Virus record (IMG/VR): IMGVR_UViG_3300038334_000130
Length of the DNA stretch: 32,701 bases
Strand: one strand, 5' to 3'
Source of the DNA: a virus
Taxonomy: Duplodnaviria; Caudoviricetes
The notes under the pieces were generated by a model. It was not told the origin of the DNA. It was given only the letters and a program-made list of their open reading frames with translations, and made no database searches. Below are positions 6,593-14,421 of the stretch, one piece after another. Position numbers and translations under genes: made by a program. Within the stretch, counting starts at the first letter, position 1. Each line of letters opens with the position of its first letter.

Positions 6593-7510
6593 ATGGCAAA
6601 GATAAAATTCAGAGAAATACGATTGAGCAAGGCAAATTTTAACCGCCTTGATATTATCAATCAGATTATTGAAGAATATCAGAGTGACGGTTACACGCTC
6701 ACCCTGCGTCAGTTGTATTATCAGCTGGTCAGCCGGGATATCATACCCAACAAACAGAGTGAATATGCCAAGCTTTCAACGGTATTAAAAGAAGGCCGCA
6801 TGGCCGGCATAGTCGATTGGAGTGCAATAGAAGACAGGTTACGTAAGCCATCATCTCCTGCGTCATTTGATAGCCCGGAAAATATTTTACAGGCAGCTAT
6901 TCAGCAATATGAATTACCGCGACAAAAAGGGCAGGATATATATCTGGAGGTATTTGTTGAGAAAGATGCTCTCAGCGGAGTGTTAAAACGTATTACGGAA
7001 AGATATCATGTCCCTATATCGGTGAACCGGGGATATGCCAGTGCATCGTCCATGTTTGACGCCTATCAACGGTTTTCATCTGCTATTGAACACGGGCAGT
7101 CTGTCAAAGTCTTATATCTGGGTGATTATGATCCCAGCGGTATAGATATGATCCGTGACATCCGGGACAGAATTGCCGAATTCGCCATGGGAGAGTATGG
7201 GTATTACAGCATCGAGGAGGCTTTGGTTGAGTTTAATTTTTCCATAGAGCCCATTGCTTTAACCCGAGAGCAGATAAAAAAATATAAACCGCCTCCAAAC
7301 CCGGCGAAAGTGACAGATCCACGGGCAAAAGAATTTATCAGGAATCATGGATCGAAAAGCTGGGAGGTTGATGCTCTCAGGCCTGATGTCTTGAGTAGAC
7401 TGCTTGATGATGCGATCCGTAGTAATATAGACGAGGATGTATTCAATGAAGTAATCGAAAGGGAAGAAAGTGATAAGGTAAAACTTAAATCACTGATGAG
7501 TTATTTATAA
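6593..7510 (+). CDS. Topoisomerase VI subunit A / Spo11-like WHD-TOPRIM protein (Mini-A-like), no B subunit nearby
   Basis: TLRQLYY (candidate catalytic Tyr), VEKDAL, LGDYDPSG (TOPRIM DxD), WEVDAL. Confidence 0.85.
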   Translation: MAKIKFREIRLSKANFNRLDIINQIIEEYQSDGYTLTLRQLYYQLVSRDIIPNKQSEYAKLSTVLKEGRMAGIVDWSAIEDRLRKPSSPASFDSPENILQAAIQQYELPRQKGQDIYLEVFVEKDALSGVLKRITERYHVPISVNRGYASASSMFDAYQRFSSAIEHGQSVKVLYLGDYDPSGIDMIRDIRDRIAEFAMGEYGYYSIEEALVEFNFSIEPIALTREQIKKYKPPPNPAKVTDPRAKEFIRNHGSKSWEVDALRPDVLSRLLDDAIRSNIDEDVFNEVIEREESDKVKLKSLMSYL

Positions 7511-7539
7511 CAAATTGCAGGATGCCTTAAGGAGACATA

Positions 7540-8562
7540 ATGCGTTTTAGTTTTGAAAGATGGAATCTTATCAGGGCCAATGAACTCGGTCTCAAGTTTG
7601 ACGACCTGGCCATAATTACATATTTCGTGGATTTCACCACTTCCGGAAAAATGGATTCTATCATACATCAGGGGAAAGTCTATTATTGGGTTTCCTATTA
7701 TAATATCGTTAAAGAGTATCCCATGCTTACAATAAAATCTCGTGATGGGGTATATCGCCGGTTTAAGAAATATGTTGATGTTGGTATCCTGCATGCAGTT
7801 CTTGAGCCCGGTACACAACGACCACACTATTGCCTTGATCCTGATATGTATTTTTCTCTCCTCTCTTATACCTCTCAAGTGAACTTGCAGTCTGAAAAAT
7901 CAATATCTGATGAATCTGGAAATAAGGGGAAGGATAAAGGGGTCGGATTTTTTTCCGAAGGTGTCGGAAATAATTCCGAACATAGCTCGGAGGAAAATCC
8001 GAACGAGGCTCGGAAAAATTTCCGAACAGATCCTACTACTATACATGATCCTATTACTATTGATCCGTATTGTATAGTAACGCTCGCCCAGAACGACAAA
8101 TTATATCAGCACTGGTGGGGGAAGTATTGCGAAGGAATCCCGGATAATGCTGAATATCGTGCGGCATCATACAGAAAATTGGTCGAGTTCGCGACGAAAT
8201 ACAAACCGAGCGTGGATCAATTGATATATGCACTCAAAGAGTCAGTCGATAAGGGACATGCCGGACATGATTATTATCTCGCGGGAATTCTGAATAATAT
8301 TAACCTTAACCGGTATGTCGATGCTGATATTCCGGTTGAATTACAGGTAGAAAACCTGGTTAAAAAGCGACTCACCGATATGGACGAATATCTCCGCCAT
8401 TATGAATTTGACCATCAGAACATGAAAGTACTCTATTCGCTTACAGGAATTGATGACGCATATATACGACGCATATTCACAGGGGTTGAAGAGGACCTTG
8501 CACGTCAATGCCAGATAGATTATCAGTTTTTGGATAAATCTTTTTTACGGAAAACAGGATGA
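7540..8562 (+). CDS. Phage replication initiator (N-terminal winged helix, internal origin)
   Basis: YYWVSY..IVKEYP.L.IKSRDGVYRRFKKYVDVGIL wHTH; low-complexity linker encoded by iterons; aaggag RBS. Confidence 0.8.
   Translation: MRFSFERWNLIRANELGLKFDDLAIITYFVDFTTSGKMDSIIHQGKVYYWVSYYNIVKEYPMLTIKSRDGVYRRFKKYVDVGILHAVLEPGTQRPHYCLDPDMYFSLLSYTSQVNLQSEKSISDESGNKGKDKGVGFFSEGVGNNSEHSSEENPNEARKNFRTDPTTIHDPITIDPYCIVTLAQNDKLYQHWWGKYCEGIPDNAEYRAASYRKLVEFATKYKPSVDQLIYALKESVDKGHAGHDYYLAGILNNINLNRYVDADIPVELQVENLVKKRLTDMDEYLRHYEFDHQNMKVLYSLTGIDDAYIRRIFTGVEEDLARQCQIDYQFLDKSFLRKTG
7943..8070. repeat. Replication origin: four palindromic iterons TCGGA-N6-TCCGAA plus AT-rich GATCC repeats
   Basis: Iterons start at 7943, 7964, 7987, 8010; GATC at 8029, 8047, 8062 within gatcctactacta/gatcctattacta repeats. 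Confidence 0.85.
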
Positions 8563-8574
8563 AGGAGGGTGGTG

Positions 8575-8667
8575 ATGATGACAGAGAAAGAATTATTGAT
8601 CGTAACATTTGCCATTCTGGCTCTCATCGTTGTGATGTATATCGGATTTGGGGAGGTGAAGTCATGA
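8575..8667 (+). CDS. 30-aa single-TM peptide (MMTEKELLIVTFAILALIVVMYIGFGEVKS), missing from the ORF track
   Basis: aaggaggg RBS; ATGA overlap with the next gene. Confidence 0.6.
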   Translation: MMTEKELLIVTFAILALIVVMYIGFGEVKS

Positions 8668-8843
8668 GTGGTGTGACTATTGTTATGTGCCCGGCATGCG
8701 GGACTGAATGCGGCAGGGAGCATGCTGATCTTATCCAGCAGGTGGACATAGCCCAGGCGCGTGCTATGCTGCGAGAGGTTGAAGACAAAGAACGAATCCT
8801 CAACCTGTGGAAATATGTGGGCTTTATCACCGTTGAGTTTTAA
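8664..8843 (+). CDS. Small Cys-motif protein (59 aa)
   Basis: ggaggtg RBS; CPACGTEC. Confidence 0.65.
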   Translation: MSGVTIVMCPACGTECGREHADLIQQVDIAQARAMLREVEDKERILNLWKYVGFITVEF

Positions 8844-8864
8844 GGGAATTAAGGGGAATTTTAA

Positions 8865-9164
8865 ATGTACCAGATAAATCAATTTTATTGGCCTATCAAT
8901 GACTGGGAATCAGTGAGTTTTCTGCCGCTCATGAACCTGAAATGGTCAGAGGACATGCCGAATGAATTCTGTCATACATGCCCGATGGCCAGTTATGCAC
9001 ATCCTCTAGTGGAGACGGAGCCGAACTCATTCAGAAAATTATGCACGATATCGGTTGTGAAAAACGGGCTGCTAAAATTGAAAGATGTATTCAGTGATAA
9101 TGGCGGGTGCTTTCAGAAGAGCACTGATTATGATGATGCATCAAGTATGCTGGGGATGGTGTGA
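8865..9164 (+). CDS. Hypothetical protein
   Basis: aagggg RBS; CHTC motif; GTGA overlap with the methylase gene. Confidence 0.6.
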   Translation: MYQINQFYWPINDWESVSFLPLMNLKWSEDMPNEFCHTCPMASYAHPLVETEPNSFRKLCTISVVKNGLLKLKDVFSDNGGCFQKSTDYDDASSMLGMV

Positions 9165-10711
9165 TGAATCATAGATATAATGACAGTGGTAATTTTGTTA
9201 CATTCGGAGATTTATTTGCTGGAGGTGGTGGAGTTACTACCGGGGCACTATCGGTCCCAGGGATCCGCGTACTGTGGGCGCTCAATCATGATGAGATAGC
9301 GATCAAGACACATGCCAGGAATCATCCTGAAACAAAACATTTTCAGGCCGATATCAGGCAACAGGATGAAAAGGAGCTGGATCAAGTTGATATACTATGG
9401 GCAAGCCTGGAATGTACGAATTATTCCAATGCAAAAGGCGGCCAACCTAGAGATGCCGACAGCCGCACGTTGGCTTGGGAGTTACCACGCTATATCAAGC
9501 ACTGCCGCCCTTCAGTCATTATTATTGAAAATGTAAGGGAGTTTCTTGCATGGGGACCACTGACAGAAAAAGGGAAACCGGTGAGCAGGCAAAAAGGGGA
9601 GGATTTTTCCCGGTGGATAAAGGCTGTTAAAGAGTTGGGATATGAAAATGTAGACTGGAGAATATTGAACGCTGCCGACTTCGGGTGTCATACCAGGCGG
9701 GAACGTTTGTTTATAGTATTTACCAGGGATGTGTCTATCAACTGGAAAGAGGCTACTCATCACCCGGGAGGGAATAATCTGTTCGGTCTACAGAAATGGC
9801 GGCCGGTGAAAGAGTGTATTGATCTGAATGATCATGGCCGATCTATATTTGGCCGCAAAAAGCCTTTGTCAGATAATACCCTGCGGCGCATCGCCGGAGG
9901 GATAAAAAGGTTTTATCCGGATATGTGTTTCCTGATGAAATACTATAATTCATCATGCAATCCTGAATCACAAAACCAGAGCGTTGATGAGCCCTGCCAC
10001 TCGGTGACGACAAAGGATAGATTTGCTCTCGTAAATATTGAGAAGAAGCATTTTATAACAGAATACTATGGGCGAGATAATGCTACGGCAAGCATAGATA
10101 AACCTTGTCATTCAATCACAACAGCTAATCGTCATGCCTTAGTGTCTATCGAGAAAAAGCAATTCATTACAGATCATGTCTGGGGTGGGAATTCTCAGCT
10201 AGTGGAATATCCCATGAAGACGCAAATGACTAGGCAGACAAAGCAGCTGATAACGTGCCAGTTTATTTCGGAGACCTATAATAGCAACGGAACGCCTGAA
10301 GCGAATGATAAAAGTATAGAAAAGCCTGCTGGGTCTATAACAACCTGTGAGAAATTCCAATTCATCTCTGCATATTTTAACAGTTCCGGACGACCTGAGA
10401 CACAGAATCAGAGCTTGGATAAACCACTCAATACAATCATGACAGCGAATAAGTATGCACTGATATCCGGCTTTGATTTTGATATAAAAATGAGATTTCT
10501 CACGCCTGATGAACTGGCAAAGATTACCGGGTTTCCGGAGGGATACTTTGATCATGCTGGTCTGAATATATCCAAAAAATACCAGGTCAAGATGATAGGC
10601 AATGCAGTACCGGTAAATCTGGCAGCTGCTGTCATTGAACCGATGAAGAATGTTTTAGAAACATTCAGGGAAAGAATATCGTTATCATTAAATTATGATG
10701 CAGTTGGTTGA
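9161..10711 (+). CDS. dcm: DNA (cytosine-5)-methyltransferase, phage orphan type with repeated variable region
   Basis: DLFAGGGG (I), WASLEC (IV variant), IENV (VI), RERLF (VIII), GNAVP (X). Confidence 0.95.
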   Translation: MMNHRYNDSGNFVTFGDLFAGGGGVTTGALSVPGIRVLWALNHDEIAIKTHARNHPETKHFQADIRQQDEKELDQVDILWASLECTNYSNAKGGQPRDADSRTLAWELPRYIKHCRPSVIIIENVREFLAWGPLTEKGKPVSRQKGEDFSRWIKAVKELGYENVDWRILNAADFGCHTRRERLFIVFTRDVSINWKEATHHPGGNNLFGLQKWRPVKECIDLNDHGRSIFGRKKPLSDNTLRRIAGGIKRFYPDMCFLMKYYNSSCNPESQNQSVDEPCHSVTTKDRFALVNIEKKHFITEYYGRDNATASIDKPCHSITTANRHALVSIEKKQFITDHVWGGNSQLVEYPMKTQMTRQTKQLITCQFISETYNSNGTPEANDKSIEKPAGSITTCEKFQFISAYFNSSGRPETQNQSLDKPLNTIMTANKYALISGFDFDIKMRFLTPDELAKITGFPEGYFDHAGLNISKKYQVKMIGNAVPVNLAAAVIEPMKNVLETFRERISLSLNYDAVG

Positions 10712-10726
10712 TTTTAAGAGGATCAA

Positions 10727-10888
10727 ATGAATTCACATACAGTTTTTTTCGATACGGATGAAGAAAAGGAATTATTTCAAAGATGGCTTTATCATATCCA
10801 TTACAAGACGGGATTGAAATATGGAAAGATAGTCAACATGGCCATGATGGAATACAATATGAAGATTGAGGGAAAGAAAGCTGAATAA
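10727..10888 (+). CDS. Hypothetical protein (53 aa, MNSHTVFFDTDEEKELF...), missing from the ORF track
   Basis: gagga RBS, ATG..TAA filling the gap between the methylases. Confidence 0.6.
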   Translation: MNSHTVFFDTDEEKELFQRWLYHIHYKTGLKYGKIVNMAMMEYNMKIEGKKAE

Positions 10889-10963
10889 TGAGAGAAGCCG
10901 GAAGTGCACCAACACTTCCGACATCCCGCTGCGAGCGCGGGATACAGTAAACTGCTACTCTCA
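10889..10963 (+). ncRNA. Candidate four-way-junction structured RNA upstream of the adenine methylase
   Basis: TGAGAG/CTCTCA closing stem; CGGAAGTG/CACTTCCG; ATCCCGC/GCGGGAT; CAG/CTG. Confidence 0.6.
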
Positions 10964-11011
10964 GAATATATATCGTTCATTACATCGAATTTAAAAAGGA
11001 GTTTTTAAAAC

Positions 11012-11797
11012 ATGGATAGTCCGCTCGCGTATATTGGTGGTAAAAGTAAACTGTCGGAATCGATCATTGAAATGATCCCGGATCATAAAACATACTGTGA
11101 GGTTTTTGCCGGGGGGTTGTGGGTGTTTTTCAGGAAGGACCCTTCCATGTATGAGGTGATCAACGATCTGGATTGTGACCTGATTGCCTTTTACCGGGTG
11201 ATACAGAATCACCTGGAGGAATTTTTAAAGCAGTTTAAGTACCTCCTGGTGTCCCGGGAACAGTGGAAGGACTGGAAGGACCAGCTGGAGACCAGGGGCC
11301 TCACGGATATCCAGAAGGCGGCACGGTATTATTATGTACAGCGGTTATCCTATGCCGGGAAGGTGAAGGGGCGGTCCTTCGGGACTACTCCGGAAAGCAG
11401 GCCCCGGATTAACCTTCTGAGGATGGAAGAGGAGCTGTCTGAAGTGCATCTCAGATTCTCCCAGGTGATGATCGAGAATCTTTCATGGGAAAAGGTGGTG
11501 GAGAAATATGATAAACCGGCGACGTTCTTTTACCTTGATCCGCCGTATTATTCAGATCCCTGTTATAAACATAACTTTGAATTCGGGGACTATGTCAGGA
11601 TGAATGAGGTCCTGCAGGGAATAGCCGGGAAGTTCATTCTCAGCATCAATGATCATCCGAAGATCAGGGATGCTTTCAGTGGTTTTAATATCAAGCCGGT
11701 GGAGCTGCTATATACGGTTGGTGATAAGTGCAGCGAGGGAAAGGAGTTGATCATCAGTAATTATGAGATTAAGGCAAAGCAGCAGACATTATTTTGA
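11012..11797 (+). CDS. D12-class (Dam-like) N6-adenine DNA methyltransferase
   Basis: YIGGKS, EVFAGG, INDLD, FYLDPPY motifs. Confidence 0.95.
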   Translation: MDSPLAYIGGKSKLSESIIEMIPDHKTYCEVFAGGLWVFFRKDPSMYEVINDLDCDLIAFYRVIQNHLEEFLKQFKYLLVSREQWKDWKDQLETRGLTDIQKAARYYYVQRLSYAGKVKGRSFGTTPESRPRINLLRMEEELSEVHLRFSQVMIENLSWEKVVEKYDKPATFFYLDPPYYSDPCYKHNFEFGDYVRMNEVLQGIAGKFILSINDHPKIRDAFSGFNIKPVELLYTVGDKCSEGKELIISNYEIKAKQQTLF

Positions 11798-11799
11798 TG

Positions 11800-11858
11800 A
11801 AATATTTAGCAAAAATGCTAAATATTTGCTTGACTTAATTTAGCAAATATGCTAAATT
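11800..11858 (+). promoter_or_regulatory. Sigma70 promoter overlapped by two palindromic operators
   Basis: TTGACT(11830)-N17-TAAATT with TGn extension; ATTTAGCA-N4-TGCTAAAT at 11800-11827 and 11837-11858. Confidence 0.85.
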
Positions 11859-11888
11859 GTGGGTACATCAAACAGCGGAGGCAAGCAA

Positions 11889-12113
11889 ATGACGGAACTA
11901 AAAAAGGAACTCACAAGAATGGATGAAGTAATAGGGAAACTAAAACAAGCAGAATTCGAATTAAGGATGCTGGCAAAAGAGACGGGAGATAATTATTACA
12001 ATGAAATTCGAAGACGAGTAAAAGAAATATTGATCATTGATGATGACCCGGAATCAGGCTTTGAGTCTCTTTTTGAAAGTAAAAGAAGAATGTATAAGGC
12101 AATTACAAAATGA
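11889..12113 (+). CDS. Hypothetical helical protein (74 aa)
   Basis: ggagg RBS, ATG 11889; ATGA overlap with the HTH gene. Confidence 0.75.
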   Translation: MTELKKELTRMDEVIGKLKQAEFELRMLAKETGDNYYNEIRRRVKEILIIDDDPESGFESLFESKRRMYKAITK

Positions 12114-12316
12114 AAATAAAAGATATACGAAAACTTGAAGAGGGTCTTGCTCAACTAGAGCAAGACCTTATCGATAGAATAATCGAGATTGGTACAGGAG
12201 AAGCAAAAATCCTGACAGGTGAAAAGCAGCCTTCTCTTTCTCAGTTTATCAAGGGAACTCGGAAATACAGTTATGAGAAAATTATTGAGTTGGCAAAAAT
12301 AATATTTGAGGATTAG
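12110..12316 (+). CDS. Small Cro/XRE-type HTH protein
   Basis: AKILTGEKQPSLSQFIKGTRKYSYEKIIELAKII. Confidence 0.75.
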   Translation: MKIKDIRKLEEGLAQLEQDLIDRIIEIGTGEAKILTGEKQPSLSQFIKGTRKYSYEKIIELAKIIFED

Positions 12317-12318
12317 TC

Positions 12319-12639
12319 ATGAATCTGGTAATCATTGAAAGCCCGTATGCGGGGGACATCGATAAAAATACGGAATATGCCAGGCTGTGCGTCCTGGACA
12401 GCCTTCATCGCGGCGAGTCTCCCTATGCCTCACATCTGTTTTTCACCCAGCCGGGGATCCTTGATGACGCTGTTCCAGCAGAGAGGGCCCTGGGCATTGA
12501 GGCGGGCCTCCGCTGGGGTGAGAAGGCTGATAAAACTGTAGTATATACGGATATAGGGATCAGTCAGGGGATGAGGATCGGGATTGAAAGAGCGGAGAAG
12601 GCCGGGAGACCCGTGGAGTTCAGGAGGCTGTGGGAGTAA
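12319..12639 (+). CDS. DUF4406-like / nucleoside deoxyribosyltransferase-fold phage protein
   Basis: VIIESPYAGD..N..YAR, PYASHL, ER.LG, GIS.GM motifs. Confidence 0.75.
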   Translation: MNLVIIESPYAGDIDKNTEYARLCVLDSLHRGESPYASHLFFTQPGILDDAVPAERALGIEAGLRWGEKADKTVVYTDIGISQGMRIGIERAEKAGRPVEFRRLWE

Positions 12640-12751
12640 TTTGTTTTAGCGGTATAGAAGGGCAATAATAGGATTATAACGTCAAAAAAGAGTTGATATT
12701 TGCAGGGAATATGCTCTACCGGAATAATCAAAATAAAATTGGGAGGCTATT

Positions 12752-13498
12752 ATGAAATTACAATTTAAAAAAATGTATTCTTTTATTGCATTCTTTTCAG
12801 CACTAATTTATTTCTCTCCACTGCTTATTGCCCAAGAAAAAGCAGTAAAGAATTTAACACTAGATCCAAATACTGGGACATATTATGATCCAGATTGGGC
12901 TACTGAAATAGTACTTGTTCCAATTTTTGAAAACGACAAAAAACGAATGGATAAAAACGCGGAAACAAGAAGAATTGACTTAGTATATGGAGAAAAAATT
13001 GATATCGGTATAAATACGGATGGCCTCATGGTTTTTGGAGAGGTTATTCCGAAAAATGGCAGTTCAAAATTTGTATATGGTGGTGGTGGCTCATTTGGAT
13101 TTGCTTTTAATCGGAGGATTATGAACCCCTATTGTTCTATAAAGGATGAAGGTGTTGATGCTAAAACTGGGAAACAAAAATATATAACTACTATCGACCC
13201 GGATAGAGCAAATTTATTATATTTAACATTTGGCATGGGTGTGACAGCTCTTGGATTAACTGATGCAGATCAAAATCCGGTTTCAATGACTGTAGGAGTC
13301 ACAGGTATATTAGGACTCCGTTATGACTATGTATGGTTTAACGGAGCTAGGCAAGAAGATAGACGAACGTTTTCAATTGGAATCGGTATTATTGGCGGCT
13401 ATGGTGGTATTATGCCAGGCAAGAATGGGGATGAAACTGGAATACAACCGGCTGGGATAATAGGCGGTTACATTTCTTTATCTTTAAAATTTCAGTAG
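12752..13498 (+). CDS. Exported moron protein, possible outer-membrane beta-barrel
   Basis: Signal peptide ending LLIA-Q; Gly-rich alternating strands; C-terminal GYISLSLKFQ; AT-rich; gggagg RBS. Confidence 0.75.
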   Translation: MKLQFKKMYSFIAFFSALIYFSPLLIAQEKAVKNLTLDPNTGTYYDPDWATEIVLVPIFENDKKRMDKNAETRRIDLVYGEKIDIGINTDGLMVFGEVIPKNGSSKFVYGGGGSFGFAFNRRIMNPYCSIKDEGVDAKTGKQKYITTIDPDRANLLYLTFGMGVTALGLTDADQNPVSMTVGVTGILGLRYDYVWFNGARQEDRRTFSIGIGIIGGYGGIMPGKNGDETGIQPAGIIGGYISLSLKFQ

Positions 13499-13562
13499 AG
13501 ATATAGTAAAAAATTTATTTTAGATTTGGAAATTAATTGACAAATTAAGAAATATAATATTT

Positions 13563-13688
13563 ATGAATAAAGTAATCGAAATAATTAAGCATTTGATACA
13601 GGATAAATTTTCCGGGGCTATTGTCATCAGGTTTAACCAGGGCGGCATCCGGGGAATAAAAAAAATCACTGAGGAGAATATTTCTTAA
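13563..13688 (+). CDS. 41-aa YezD/DUF2292-like protein, missing from the ORF track
   Basis: MNKVIEIIKHLIQDKFSGAIVIRFNQGGIRGIKKITEENIS; F-x-G-x-I-x-I-x-F-x-x-G-x-I pattern. Confidence 0.6.
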   Translation: MNKVIEIIKHLIQDKFSGAIVIRFNQGGIRGIKKITEENIS

Positions 13689-13732
13689 TTAACACATAAC
13701 GGATTCTTTTTAATCCTACTAAGTAGACTATT

Positions 13733-13799
13733 AAAAAGCCCGTAATTTCCCTTTGTCTCACGTGCCACGTGAGGCTTTTGGAGATTGCGGGCTTTTTTT
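13733..13799 (+). terminator. Long intrinsic-terminator/attenuator hairpin in the late-operon leader
   Basis: AAAAAGCCCGTAATTTCC...GGAGATTGCGGGCTTTTTTT with inner CTCACGTG-C-CACGTGAG. Confidence 0.75.
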
Positions 13800-13815
13800 G
13801 TGCCTGGAAAAAGCA

Positions 13816-14421
13816 ATGAAAGAAAATGATCTGAAAATCATCGAAGAGATACTGGGGAAGGGGAGCACCAACCATTTCCGGCAGTCCGTTGGGCAGAACC
13901 AGGAGATAACCCTGTTTCCTGAATTGGATATCCTCATTGATTATCAGCCGTCTGACCGTTGTTCCAAGTCGGTGAAGGAACTCAGGAAGAACATTATCAG
14001 GTCCCTCATGCTGGCCGGGATACAGAGCCGCATGATTATTGAGTATTGCACGGTTCATTTCCATGTGAGCGAGAAGGCGGTGAGGAAGTACATCACCGAG
14101 ATCAATAAAGAGTTCGAGGAAGCGAAAACCAAGGATGTGAACCGGCACCGGGCAGTGCAGCAGGAGCGAATGGAAAACGCACTAGCTGAATGCATTGCTA
14201 ATGGGAATATGAAATACAGGTATGCCCTACTGAAAGAACTCAATGATTTTCATGGCCTGAAGATAGCGAAACATGAGCACAGCGGGCCGGACGGCGGGCC
14301 AATAGCAATGCAGAATAATCTGGATTTGTCGAAACTCACCACTGATGAATTGAAGACACTCGTTGATCTGCATGATAAAGCGAAAAGGGGGAAGGATGAA
14401 GCGGATACTGTTCCTGATTAG
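13816..14421 (+). CDS. terS: Terminase small subunit
   Basis: Position before TerL; HTH-like middle; C-terminal KHEHSGPDGGPI...DLSKLTTDEL signature. Confidence 0.85.
   Translation: MKENDLKIIEEILGKGSTNHFRQSVGQNQEITLFPELDILIDYQPSDRCSKSVKELRKNIIRSLMLAGIQSRMIIEYCTVHFHVSEKAVRKYITEINKEFEEAKTKDVNRHRAVQQERMENALAECIANGNMKYRYALLKELNDFHGLKIAKHEHSGPDGGPIAMQNNLDLSKLTTDELKTLVDLHDKAKRGKDEADTVPD

Noticed and set aside
6593-7510. Wadjet JetD defence nuclease
   Set aside because: No jetABC/SMC genes; located in the phage replication module
7943-8026. Iteron cluster as a mini-CRISPR
   Set aside because: Units are 16-17 bp with 4-7 bp gaps inside a coding frame, which fits origin iterons
9161-11797. Restriction-modification system
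   Set aside because: No endonuclease gene recognisable; both methylases look like orphan phage enzymes
13537-13558. TTGACA + TATAAT as a canonical promoter
   Set aside because: The two hexamers are only 10 bp apart; a promoter may exist here but this pairing is not valid
13753-13815. Upstream extension of terS in the ORF track
   Set aside because: Runs through the terminator hairpin; ATG 13816 is the more plausible start
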